DNA of 61,558 bases. Source: Gammaproteobacteria bacterium. Lineage in GTDB: Bacteria > Pseudomonadota > Gammaproteobacteria > Natronospirales > JAJUFS01. Of this stretch, positions 8,244 through 17,360 are shown in pieces. The DNA lies in the NCBI GenBank assembly GCA_033720895.1, contig JAWWBS010000004.1, positions 1 to 61,558 on the forward strand. The letters run 5' to 3'. The translations under genes were made by a program, and so were the position numbers. A model generated the notes under the pieces. It was not told where the DNA came from, did not search any database, and worked only from the letters and a program-made list of their open reading frames with translations. Within the stretch, counting starts at the first letter, position 1, and each line of letters starts with the position of its first letter.

Positions 8244-9503
8244 ATGCGACGCACACTGTTGTCTCTTGCCGCATTGTTTCTCGCGATGGGAACGACCATG
8301 GCCGGCTTCGGCCACATCGGCACCTTCCTGTCGTTGCGCATGGGTGTCGAGGGATTTGCCGAATGGACCATCGGGCCGGTCATGTCCGGCTATTACGTCG
8401 GCCTGGTGATCGGCGCGACGCTCTGCCAGCGCATCGTGCAGCGGGTCGGGCACATCCGTGCTTTCAGCGTCTTTGCGGCCAGCAATTGTGCAGCCGTGCT
8501 CTTCATGCCCTTGTGGTCGGAGCCTGTCGTCTGGCTGCTGCTGCGAGTGGTCATGGGCGTGTCGGCCATGGGCATGATGATGATTGTCGAGAGCTGGCTG
8601 AACGAGCGCGCGCCGGCCGAGATTCGAGGCCGGGTGTTCTCCTTTTACATGGTGGTCAGTTTTCTCGGACTGGGTAGTGGTCAGTACCTGCTGAACATTG
8701 CCCCGATCGAGGCGGCCAATCATTTCCTGGTCATGGGCATCCTGTTCACGCTGTGCGTCCTGCCGGTGGCACTGACCTCGGCAGTGCTCCCGCAGCCGGT
8801 AGGCAACATCTCCATCAACTGGTCGCGAATCTGGAAGACAGCACCTTTCGGACTGGCCGGTGCGCTGGTCGCCGGCTCGCTGAACGGCGCGTTCTATTCC
8901 ATGGCCCCGCTCTACGTGAAAGGCCTGGGTGCGGATGTTTCGCAGATTGCCAACTTCATGGCGATCAGCCTGCTGGGCGGCCTGGTGTTGCAGTTGCCGG
9001 TGGGCTTGGTATCCGATCGCTTCGATCGGCGCACGGTGCTGGCAACGCTGGCCCTGCTGCTGTCGCTGTCGTCGCTCGGCATGCTGTTCATTCCGGCCGG
9101 TCAGTTCTGGCTGTTGTACCTCGCCATCGGTGCATTCGGCGGCCTGCTGTTCACGCTCTATCCTGTCGCAGTCGCGCACACTCACGACCACTTCGATTCC
9201 AACCAGGTGGTGGTGTTGTCGGCAGCCCTGATCATCAGCTACGGGCTGGGTGCGGTGATCGGTCCGCTGCTGGTGTCGTTGCTCAACATGGTCATCGGCG
9301 CCCAGGCCTTGTTCACGACCATTGCCGTCACCTGCCTGCTGTTCGGCACCACCATCTACCTGCGGCGAGGATTCGAGACGGTCGACATCGAGGACCAGGA
9401 GCCGTTCGTGCCGGTGGCCAGCTCGACACCGGTCATCAATACGCTCGACCCGCGTGCCGATGAAGACCAGGTCACCGAAATGGAAGACGAGTACCCGGAA
9501 TGA
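8244..9503 (+). CDS. MFS transporter
   Basis: 419 aa with about 12 hydrophobic segments and an MFS loop motif (GRVFSFY...; DRFDRR between TM8 and TM9). Confidence 0.85.
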   Translation: MRRTLLSLAALFLAMGTTMAGFGHIGTFLSLRMGVEGFAEWTIGPVMSGYYVGLVIGATLCQRIVQRVGHIRAFSVFAASNCAAVLFMPLWSEPVVWLLLRVVMGVSAMGMMMIVESWLNERAPAEIRGRVFSFYMVVSFLGLGSGQYLLNIAPIEAANHFLVMGILFTLCVLPVALTSAVLPQPVGNISINWSRIWKTAPFGLAGALVAGSLNGAFYSMAPLYVKGLGADVSQIANFMAISLLGGLVLQLPVGLVSDRFDRRTVLATLALLLSLSSLGMLFIPAGQFWLLYLAIGAFGGLLFTLYPVAVAHTHDHFDSNQVVVLSAALIISYGLGAVIGPLLVSLLNMVIGAQALFTTIAVTCLLFGTTIYLRRGFETVDIEDQEPFVPVASSTPVINTLDPRADEDQVTEMEDEYPE

Positions 9504-9529
9504 AAAAAGCCTGCCCCGAAGGGCAGGCT
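9503..9529 (-). terminator. rho-independent terminator for the DUF4399 gene
   Basis: Stem AGCCTGCCC / GGGCAGGCT with loop CGAA. On the minus strand it is followed by TTTTTT. It sits between convergent genes. Confidence 0.6.
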
Positions 9530-9552
9530 CTTGCGGAACGGGTCCTGTTGAA

Positions 9553-9987
9553 TCATTCCACGGTGATGGTGATCTGCTCCGATACTACCGGTGGATCATG
9601 CGGTACATGGTTGTGATCGCCCAGCAGCAACTGCAGGGTATGGGTGCCTTTTTCCAGTTCCAGCACGACCTCTGTCTGGCCACCACCGAAATGGCGATGC
9701 TGTGCATCGCTCGGGATCGGCTGGTCCAGCGGTGGCAGGCCGGTATCGATCAACAGGTGGTGATGCCCGGTGTTGTCGCGAGCCACGCCGGCCGGCGCGA
9801 CGCCCATGCCCCGCAGCCCGAAGATCACCTTCACCGGTCCGCTCACCACGGCGCCGTCCGCCGGCGACACGAAGTAGAGCTCGGTCTCGTGATCGTCGGC
9901 CGCCATTGCCGCCGGCAGCAGCAGGGCGGCAAGGCCCAGCGTGACAGCCGCGGCGAAGTGGCGCAGTGCCTGCATTCTGTTTGTCAT
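9553..9987 (-). CDS. DUF4399-family periplasmic protein
   Basis: Signal peptide ending AMAADD. Family-typical LYFVSPADGAVVSGPVKVIFGL...GHHHLLID...HFGGGQTE...LQLLLGDHNHVPH. Confidence 0.75.
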   Translation of the reverse strand: MTNRMQALRHFAAAVTLGLAALLLPAAMAADDHETELYFVSPADGAVVSGPVKVIFGLRGMGVAPAGVARDNTGHHHLLIDTGLPPLDQPIPSDAQHRHFGGGQTEVVLELEKGTHTLQLLLGDHNHVPHDPPVVSEQITITVE

Positions 9988-10007
9988 GTCATACCTCCTC
10001 GGGTCGA

Positions 10008-11525
10008 TCAGGTTGATTGGCGCAGCAGCGTCAGTACGGCGGTCAGTGCCAGTGTCAGCCCGGCTGCCACCACGTAGGCCAGGAACAACAGGAAGAATTT
10101 CCCGCTGGTCATCAGACGCCCCTGGCCGTAGACCACGCGCAGCGAGCGGAACAGGTAGATCGGCAGGTAGATGCCGAGAATGGTGTCCACCCAGCCACTG
10201 ACCGAGCGCCAGCTTTCATAGGCATCCTCCAGCTCGCCGTTGGCGATCAGCAGGAGAATGAGCATGAAGGCGGCTGCATGGAAATGCAGGGTGAATATGA
10301 GGTGCTCGACGTAATAACGCCCGGTGAAGAAATACAGGACCTTGAGCACGAGTGCGATCAGCGGCAGGAAAATGAACATGGCCACCGGAATGTCGTCGAG
10401 CATGGCCTTGGCAAAGGCGCCCGGGTCTTCCTTGAAGGCTTCGGCACCGCGCTCGAGTCGTGCGTCGATCTCCGGAATGCCGAAACCCTGGACATGGACA
10501 CCCTTGCTGCTGACCTGGACGCCGGGTCCCTGGGTCTGCGTGCCTGCTGCGTCGGAATCTTCCTGGCTGCCATCTTTGGCGGGCGGCTCGGCCGCTTCGG
10601 CCAGTTGCCGTTCTGCATAGCGTTCGCGAACGCCCGCCAGCACGTCTTCCTCGCTGGGCAGGAACGGCTCCGCCGCCTGCAGGGCGCCGCGGGTTTCGAG
10701 TGATGCTCGTTGCGATTCCAGCGCGCCGAGCGCACGCGCCTCGGCTTCTTCCAGTGTCTGCGGTTCGCTGTCGTCGTCCAGCTTGAAGTCGCCCACGTCG
10801 GCCAGCACCGTGGCAACGAAAAAGAACACGATGCTGATGAAAATGTAGAGGCGCACGGGCGGGAAGTAGGTCTGCCGGCGGCCACGGATGTACTCGGCCG
10901 TGAGGTAGCCGGGGCGGAACAGCAGCGGCACCATGGTCTTGAAAAAGCGCGAGTCGAAATTGATCAGGTCGCCAAAGAAGTCGCTGAGCAGTTCGCGCAG
11001 TGACAGCAGGTAGGTGCGATCTTCCTGGCCGCATTGGGCGCAAAAGCGTCCGGGCACCGGTTCCAGGCAGTTGCCGCAGACCGGCAGGCCGCCGGAGATG
11101 TCATCGGTCGACTGCAGCAAGGTCATGTCCGGGTCGGGCTGGTAGTCCTGGTCAGGCACGATGCGACGGCTCGCGCTCATGATCTTGCCGAAGCGGGCCA
11201 TGCCCTCGGCGCGCATGCGCTTGGCATGGGTGTGCAGGTAGCTGTCCAGCTCGCGGCGGCTGCGTACCCGGTAGGCGACGGTCCGGAGCATCCGCCCTTG
11301 TTCGTCGGCGCTGCGGCCCGCATGGATGTCGGCGGCCTGGAAACCGGGGAAGGCCAGCATCTCCCGCGCATGCTGTGGCAGCCATTCATCCAGTTCGTCG
11401 ATGCGTTCGGGGTCGATGGCCAGCGTCACTTCGTACACCACCGGCCGTCGACTGCCGGCAAGCCCGAACGACAATCGCCGCATGCCGTCCTGGAGACTCA
11501 TTTTTCTCAATATCGGTAAGGCCAT
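10008..11525 (-). CDS. DUF4286-like (ABM/ferredoxin-like) + zinc-ribbon + DUF3667 membrane protein
   Basis: ORF 10008..11795 trimmed to ATG at 11525 (MALPILRK...), which is preceded by GGGGAGGATGAG. N-domain VVYEVTLAIDPERIDELDEWL...; zinc ribbon CGNCLEPVPGRFCAQCGQ; DUF3667-like FRPGYLTAEYIRGRRQTYFPPVRLY followed by several TM helices. Confidence 0.7.
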   Translation of the reverse strand: MALPILRKMSLQDGMRRLSFGLAGSRRPVVYEVTLAIDPERIDELDEWLPQHAREMLAFPGFQAADIHAGRSADEQGRMLRTVAYRVRSRRELDSYLHTHAKRMRAEGMARFGKIMSASRRIVPDQDYQPDPDMTLLQSTDDISGGLPVCGNCLEPVPGRFCAQCGQEDRTYLLSLRELLSDFFGDLINFDSRFFKTMVPLLFRPGYLTAEYIRGRRQTYFPPVRLYIFISIVFFFVATVLADVGDFKLDDDSEPQTLEEAEARALGALESQRASLETRGALQAAEPFLPSEEDVLAGVRERYAERQLAEAAEPPAKDGSQEDSDAAGTQTQGPGVQVSSKGVHVQGFGIPEIDARLERGAEAFKEDPGAFAKAMLDDIPVAMFIFLPLIALVLKVLYFFTGRYYVEHLIFTLHFHAAAFMLILLLIANGELEDAYESWRSVSGWVDTILGIYLPIYLFRSLRVVYGQGRLMTSGKFFLLFLAYVVAAGLTLALTAVLTLLRQST

Positions 11526-11577
11526 CTCATCCTCCCCAGCGTCCTCAGCATGGTAATCTTTGCGAGGGGGAATTGCA

Positions 11578-11593
11578 TGGGCCGGGATTTGCA
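11578..11593 (+). promoter_or_regulatory. weak candidate sigma54 promoter upstream of the FIST gene
   Basis: TGGGCC-GGGAT-TTGCA has GG-N10-GC spacing and a good -12 element, but two mismatches in the -24 hexamer. It lies about 33 nt before ATG 11626. Confidence 0.25.
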
Positions 11594-11625
11594 TCGGCCA
11601 CTCTTTCGAATCGGGGACTTCATTG

Positions 11626-12810
11626 ATGATCGGTATCGGTGTTTCGCAGCTTGCTGCCACGGAAGATGCAGTCGAGGAAGTGGTTCGCGAGGCGTCCAAG
11701 CCGGTTGCCGAACCTGGCTGGGCCATTCTCGTGGTGGCGGGGCGACATGCGCCGGACAAGGTGCTTGCTGACGTCCGGGCACGCCTGAACGGCATCCCGG
11801 TCTACGGCGGTGCGGTCGTCGGGGCCATCAGTCGCCAGCACATCGGATACTCCGGTCATGAAATCGGCCTGCTGGTCTTCGACCGCAGCCACGGCCTGCC
11901 GCAGGCGCGCTGCGTCGGACCGCTGGGCGGCCGCGAAGTTGGCGTCGGCGAAGAGCTGGGTCGCTGGTTGCAGCAATCTGCCGATAGCCAGCCGGGCCAG
12001 CCTGCCGCCTTCCTTTTCTATGATGTCGTCAGATCGGACGGACTGAATCACGGCAGCCTGTTGCTGGACGGCATCTATCGCCATCTCGAAGAACATGCCA
12101 TGCCGATTTTCGGCGCGGGCATGATCGCTGACTTCCAGGTGACGTCCGGCTTTGTCTTTGATGGCGAGGCGGTCGTGCGCGAGCATGCGCTGGCACTGGT
12201 TTTGCCGCCGGGTCTCGAAGTCGACGGACGGGTGATGCATGGCTGCACGCCGGTCAGTCGCCTGCTGACCATCACGCGTGCCACGGGACCCAAGCTCTAC
12301 GAGCTCGATGGCAAGCCGGCGGCAGAGACCCTGCAGGACCTCGCGGGTGGCAAGGGCGTGGCCCTGTCGTTCTCGGTGCTGCTTGGCCGCCGCATGGGTG
12401 ATCCGATGGCGCCCTTCAAGGAGACCGAGTTCGTCAACCGACTGATCATCGATGTCAACGAAGATGATGGCAGCGTCTCCTTGTTCGAAACCGACTTCGA
12501 GGCAGGCGACAAGGTCCAGGTAATGTTCCGCAACAACGATTTCCTGATGGATTCCGTGGATGCCGGCGTGGCGGCCATGGTGGCCGAGGATGCACCGCCG
12601 CTGCTTGCGATGTACATCGACTGCGCCGGACGCGCTTCGATATTTACCGGCTCCGAGGGCGAGGAAGCCGATCGCCTGCGCAGCGCGCTCGGCAGGACAC
12701 CGCTGTTCGGCTTCTACGCAGGCCGGGAGATCGCCCCGTATGGCGGTCGCAGCCGGCCACTCGACTGGACTGGCGTGCTGGTTGTTCTCAAGGAGGGCGA
12801 GCAGGCTTGA
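11626..12810 (+). CDS. FIST N/C-domain sensor protein (NosP-like family)
   Basis: ORF 11560..12810 trimmed to ATG at 11626 (MIGIGVSQ...). FIST-like layout including the C-terminal FGFYAGREIAPYGG...VLVVL. The stop overlaps the start of the downstream GGDEF-EAL gene. Confidence 0.75.
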   Translation: MIGIGVSQLAATEDAVEEVVREASKPVAEPGWAILVVAGRHAPDKVLADVRARLNGIPVYGGAVVGAISRQHIGYSGHEIGLLVFDRSHGLPQARCVGPLGGREVGVGEELGRWLQQSADSQPGQPAAFLFYDVVRSDGLNHGSLLLDGIYRHLEEHAMPIFGAGMIADFQVTSGFVFDGEAVVREHALALVLPPGLEVDGRVMHGCTPVSRLLTITRATGPKLYELDGKPAAETLQDLAGGKGVALSFSVLLGRRMGDPMAPFKETEFVNRLIIDVNEDDGSVSLFETDFEAGDKVQVMFRNNDFLMDSVDAGVAAMVAEDAPPLLAMYIDCAGRASIFTGSEGEEADRLRSALGRTPLFGFYAGREIAPYGGRSRPLDWTGVLVVLKEGEQA

Positions 12811-14708
12811 CTGACGACATCCAGAAAGAACGCGATTACTACCGCAGCCTGAGTGACGATCTCGGCGGCCAGTTGCTGCGCGTGCGCGACGAGCATACGC
12901 GCGCCATGAACATCGCGCGCCGCTCGCGCTCGACGGCGACATTGATTCGCAAGCTGTATCGCATGGATCACATGAGTCTCGATCTCGACAGCCTGTCGCG
13001 CATGTTCCTCGAGACCGCGACGGAGGCGCTCACGGTCGAGGGGGGCGTGCTGTTCAGGATCGCCGACAAGGGTACCGAGCTCCAGGTCAGCGCCGCGCTG
13101 GACTGCGAGCTCTCCGAGGATGTCGACCTGCACGAAGCGGAAGTGCCGCATGGCTTTCATTTCCGCAATTCCTCCGGCGAGCCGACGCCGTTCGATCGCA
13201 AGCTGGCGCGTCTCACCGGCATGCCCTATTTCGTCTGGGCTTACGACTCCGGTTCGGGTCACGCGGTCCTGCTCGGCAATCGCCGCGAGGACCTGCAGCT
13301 GCGACAACGATTCACTGCCGAAGATCGCGAGATCATGGAGGCTGCGCTCGACGTGTTCGTCAACATTGCCGAGCGGAAGCGAGTCGAGCGCCAGCTCGTG
13401 CACGATGCCTTTCATGACGTCCTCACCGGCCTGCCGAACCGCTCCCTGTTCATCGAGCATCTCGACCAGGCCATGCGCCGGGCGCAGCGTGCCGATTCGA
13501 TCTTTTCGGTGCTGTTCCTGGACCTCGATCGCTTCAAGGTGATCAATGACAGCCTGGGTCATGCGGTCGGCGACGAGCTGCTGAAGGGAATTGCCGAGCG
13601 CATCCAGAGCTCGCTGCGTCCGGGTGACGTGGTGGCACGGCTGGGCGGCGACGAGTTCGCCGTGCTGGCCGACGGCCTGTCGGAAGCGGGCGAAGCAGTA
13701 CAGGTTGCCGAGCGCATCCACGATGCCCTGCAGGAACCGTTCGACCTCCATGGGCAGTCGGTGTTCACCTCGGCCAGCATCGGCATTGCCAAATCGGCCG
13801 AGCGTTATGCCGATGGCGACGAACTGCTGCGCGATGCGGATATCGCGATGTACAGTGCCAAGGAACTCGGTGGCGCCGCCCACAAGCTGTTCGACTCCGA
13901 CATGCATGTCGGCCTGGTATCGCGCCTGAAGCTGGAAACCGACCTGCGACACGCGCTGGAGCGCGAGGAGATGCGTGTCTCCTACCAGCCCATCATCGAC
14001 CTGCAGGCCGACTCGATGGTCGGTTTCGAGGCCCTGTTGCGCTGGAAGCATCCGGTCAAGGGACTGATCCGGCCGAAGGAATTCATCACCATGGCCGAGG
14101 AGACCGGCATGATCCTGCCGATCGGCCGCTGGTTGCTGGATCAGGTCCTGCGTCAGCACAAGCAATGGCGTGCCGTGCACGAGCAGGACTTTTTCATCAG
14201 CGTGAACCTGTCGGATCGCGAATTCCTGCAGCCCGAGTTCACCAGCCTGCTGGAAGACTTGCTGGCGAAATACGACACGCCGTCCGGGGCTCTGGAAATC
14301 GAGCTGACCGAGCGCATGCTGATGCACTATGCCAAGCTGCAGAACGATACCTTGCCGTACCTGCGTGACAAGGGCATTTCCATCGCCATCGATGACTTCG
14401 GCACGGGCTATTCCTCGTTGAGCCGCCTGCAACGCCTGCCGATCGACAAACTGAAGATCGACATGTCCTTCATTCGTGGCATGGAGCGGTCTTTGGAAAA
14501 CCTGGAGATCGTGCGCACCATCCTGGCCATGGGCCACAACCTCGGCATGCAATGCGTGGCAGAGGGTATCGAGGAGAAGTCCCAGGCACGGCAGTTGCGC
14601 AAGCTCGGCTGCGACCATGGCCAGGGTTTCCTGTTCGCCAAGCCCGAGCGGGCGCCGCACTGCGAAGAAGCCTTTGGCAAGCGCCGCTGGTTGCCGTTCT
14701 TCAAGTGA
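12807..14708 (+). CDS. GGDEF-EAL c-di-GMP turnover protein with N-terminal coiled-coil/GAF-like region
   Basis: ARLGGDEF with an RPGD I-site. EAL domain with FEALLRW, DDFGTGYSSL and KIDMSFIRG. The TTG start at 12807 overlaps the FIST stop (TTGA); an internal ATG start cannot be excluded. Confidence 0.85.
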   Translation: MTDDIQKERDYYRSLSDDLGGQLLRVRDEHTRAMNIARRSRSTATLIRKLYRMDHMSLDLDSLSRMFLETATEALTVEGGVLFRIADKGTELQVSAALDCELSEDVDLHEAEVPHGFHFRNSSGEPTPFDRKLARLTGMPYFVWAYDSGSGHAVLLGNRREDLQLRQRFTAEDREIMEAALDVFVNIAERKRVERQLVHDAFHDVLTGLPNRSLFIEHLDQAMRRAQRADSIFSVLFLDLDRFKVINDSLGHAVGDELLKGIAERIQSSLRPGDVVARLGGDEFAVLADGLSEAGEAVQVAERIHDALQEPFDLHGQSVFTSASIGIAKSAERYADGDELLRDADIAMYSAKELGGAAHKLFDSDMHVGLVSRLKLETDLRHALEREEMRVSYQPIIDLQADSMVGFEALLRWKHPVKGLIRPKEFITMAEETGMILPIGRWLLDQVLRQHKQWRAVHEQDFFISVNLSDREFLQPEFTSLLEDLLAKYDTPSGALEIELTERMLMHYAKLQNDTLPYLRDKGISIAIDDFGTGYSSLSRLQRLPIDKLKIDMSFIRGMERSLENLEIVRTILAMGHNLGMQCVAEGIEEKSQARQLRKLGCDHGQGFLFAKPERAPHCEEAFGKRRWLPFFK

Positions 14709-14728
14709 CGGCGTTTCTGCCGCGCAGG

Positions 14729-14757
14729 AAAAAAGGCAGCCAGTGGCTGCCTTTTTT
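14729..14757. terminator. bidirectional rho-independent terminator
   Basis: AAAAAA-GGCAGCC-AGT-GGCTGCC-TTTTTT, between the convergent GGDEF-EAL and fadE genes. Confidence 0.75.
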
Positions 14758-14778
14758 CATCGTGCGCCCGTTGCGCGG

Positions 14779-17259
14779 TCAGTCACGTACCGCCTTGGTC
14801 TGCTCCAGCGTGACGTCCAGCGGATCGGTACCGAGCTCGCTCGGCAGGAAGTCGTCCACCGAGATGATCTTCAGCGTCTGCTCGCGCAGCATGCGCAGGA
14901 GCTCCGCATCGTCCTTGTCGATCACCTCGCGCGCCAGCGCCACGTCGATGATGTCCTCGCGGGCATCGTCGGGCAGTACGCCTTCCTTCTGGGCTTCGCG
15001 AATGCGCTTCTCCAGCGGTTCGGCCTGGATGGCCAGGCGCATCGTGGCGTCCATGATGCCGATGTTGTCGTTCTGGTCGCCGGTGTAGACGCCACTGGTC
15101 AGGCGATCCCGGCTGGACGAGGGATTGATCAGCAATTCATTGATGCGGTTGCCGAGCCGGTCCGATGGCGCCGAGTAGTTGCGGCCCGTCGGGAACACCA
15201 GCATGCGCAGCAGCACCGCGACGAAGCGGTTCGGGAAGTTGCGCAGCACGCCGTGCAACTGCTCCTGCAGCTGGTAGATCAGGTCTCGACAGACCCACTC
15301 GACGAGGGGCAGGTCGTCGCTCGGCCGGCCCTGGTCTTCGAAGTGCTTCAGGGTGCAGGAGGCGAGATACATGTAGCTCAGCATGTCGCCGAGGCGCGCC
15401 GAGATCTTCTCCTTGCGCTTCAGGGTACCGCCCATGGTCAGCATGGCGGCATCGGCAACCAGTGCGAAGGCCGCGCTGTAGCGATTGATGTGCTGGTAGT
15501 AGCGGCGCGTTCCACCCTTGGTCGGCACGCCGGTATAGCGCGCGTGCGTGGCGGCCATGATGAAAGCGCGCACGGCATTCGAGAAGGCGAAGCCGATGTG
15601 GCCCCACAGGGCCTTGTCGAATTCCACCAGCCGCTGCTTCTCGTCTTCCAGCATGCCGGCCTTCATCTCGTGCAGCACGTAGGGATGCGAGCGAATCGCG
15701 CCCTGGCCGAAGATCATCAGGGAGCGGGTGAGGATGTTGGCGCCCTCGACCGTAATGGCGATTGGCACCGACTGGTAGCCACGGCCGATGTAGTTCAGCG
15801 GGCCCAGGCAGATGGCCTTGCCGCCATGCACGTCCATGGCATCGTCGGAAACCTTCCGCGCCATTTCGGTGACATGGTACTTGACGATGGCCGACGGCAC
15901 GGCCGGTACTTCGCCCTGGTCGACGGCGGCCGCCGTTACCAGGCGTGCGGCATTCATGGCATAGAGACGGCCACCCATGCGGGCAATCGCTTCACCAACA
16001 CCTTCGAAGCGGCCGATCGGCATGTTGAACTGCTTGCGAATGCGGGCATAGGCACCGGTCGAGAACACACCGAGCTGCGCACCGCCGGTAGTGTTCGACG
16101 GCAGCGAGATCGAACGGCCTTCCGACAGGCATTCGACCAGCATGCGCCAGCCCTGGCCGGCCATCTCGGGACCACCGATGATGGTGTCCAGCGGCACGAA
16201 GATGTCCTTGCCTTCGATCGGTCCGTTCTGGAACGGAATGTTCAGCGGGAAATGCCGGCGACCGATCTTCAGGCCTTCCGTATCACGCGGAATCAACGCA
16301 CAGGTGATGCCGTAGTCGACCTTGTCCTTGTCGCCCAGCAGGCCGTCGGGGTCGTACAGCTTGAATGCCAGGCCGATGACCGAGGCAATCGGTGCGAGCG
16401 TGATGTAGCGCTTGGAGAAGGTCAGCTTCAAGCCGACCACGTCCTTGCCGTCGACCTTCTGCTTGCAGACCACGCCGGTGTCCGGGATGGAGCCGGCATC
16501 GGAACCGGCCCACGGGCCGGTCAGGGCGAAGCAGGGCACTTCCCTGCCATCAGCCAGGCGCGGCAGGTAATGGTTCTTCTGTTCTTCCGTGCCATATTTC
16601 AGCAGCAGCTCGGCGGGGCCAAGGGAGTTCGGCACGGCAACGATCGATGCGGCCGTCGGCGAACGCGAGGCAATCTTCACCAGCACTTCGGAATTGCCGA
16701 CCGCGGAAAACTGGCGGCCGCCGAATTCCTTCGGAATGATCATGGCGAAGAAGCCCTTCTGCTTCAGGTAATCCCACACTTCCGGCGGCAGGTCGCCCCA
16801 CTCGTGGGTGATCTTCCATTCGTCCAGCATGCCGCACAGCTCTTCGACCTCGTTCGCCAGGAACTGCTTTTCCTCGTCCGACAGGCCGGCCTTCGGATAC
16901 TGCAGGAACTTGTCCCAGTCCGGTGCGCCGGTAAACAGGTCGCCATCCCACCAGACCGTGCCTGCTTCCAGGGCTTCCTGCTCGGTCGCCGACATTTCCG
17001 GCATGATCTTGCGATAGATCTTCAGTACCGGTCGGGTCAGCAGGTTGCGCCGCAGCGGCGTCACGTTGAGGAACGCGGCAATCGTGCCGAACACGCCCCA
17101 CAGGATGACAAGCCAGAAGTGGCCTGGATCACCTTGCCAGGTGTACAGCGCCAGGGTGGCGGCAATGAGGACAGTTGCTGGCAGGAGTCGGGTCCGCTTG
17201 TAGAAAACGGCAAGAACGACACCCAGGACCAGCAGGAACCAGAAGAGGGACAACCACAT
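14779..17259 (-). CDS. fadE: acyl-CoA dehydrogenase, FadE type (membrane-anchored, about 826 aa)
   Basis: ORF trimmed to MWLSLFWFLLVLG... (ATG at 17259). Two N-terminal TM helices followed by the long FadE-type ACAD body (ALTGPWAGSDAGS, YITLAPIA...). Confidence 0.9.
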   Translation of the reverse strand: MWLSLFWFLLVLGVVLAVFYKRTRLLPATVLIAATLALYTWQGDPGHFWLVILWGVFGTIAAFLNVTPLRRNLLTRPVLKIYRKIMPEMSATEQEALEAGTVWWDGDLFTGAPDWDKFLQYPKAGLSDEEKQFLANEVEELCGMLDEWKITHEWGDLPPEVWDYLKQKGFFAMIIPKEFGGRQFSAVGNSEVLVKIASRSPTAASIVAVPNSLGPAELLLKYGTEEQKNHYLPRLADGREVPCFALTGPWAGSDAGSIPDTGVVCKQKVDGKDVVGLKLTFSKRYITLAPIASVIGLAFKLYDPDGLLGDKDKVDYGITCALIPRDTEGLKIGRRHFPLNIPFQNGPIEGKDIFVPLDTIIGGPEMAGQGWRMLVECLSEGRSISLPSNTTGGAQLGVFSTGAYARIRKQFNMPIGRFEGVGEAIARMGGRLYAMNAARLVTAAAVDQGEVPAVPSAIVKYHVTEMARKVSDDAMDVHGGKAICLGPLNYIGRGYQSVPIAITVEGANILTRSLMIFGQGAIRSHPYVLHEMKAGMLEDEKQRLVEFDKALWGHIGFAFSNAVRAFIMAATHARYTGVPTKGGTRRYYQHINRYSAAFALVADAAMLTMGGTLKRKEKISARLGDMLSYMYLASCTLKHFEDQGRPSDDLPLVEWVCRDLIYQLQEQLHGVLRNFPNRFVAVLLRMLVFPTGRNYSAPSDRLGNRINELLINPSSSRDRLTSGVYTGDQNDNIGIMDATMRLAIQAEPLEKRIREAQKEGVLPDDAREDIIDVALAREVIDKDDAELLRMLREQTLKIISVDDFLPSELGTDPLDVTLEQTKAVRD

Positions 17260-17360
17260 GGTAGTGCTCCTAGCTGCGAGGGATGGTCGGCGCATTCAAA
17301 CGCCCGTTGGACCATCCACTATAACGGTCGAGCAGGGGAGATTGAAGGGCGGGCCGCGCC

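Noticed and set aside
12714-14660. 648-aa minus-strand ORF
   Set aside because: It is antisense to the GGDEF-EAL gene, whose catalytic motifs are intact. It contains no recognisable motifs of its own.
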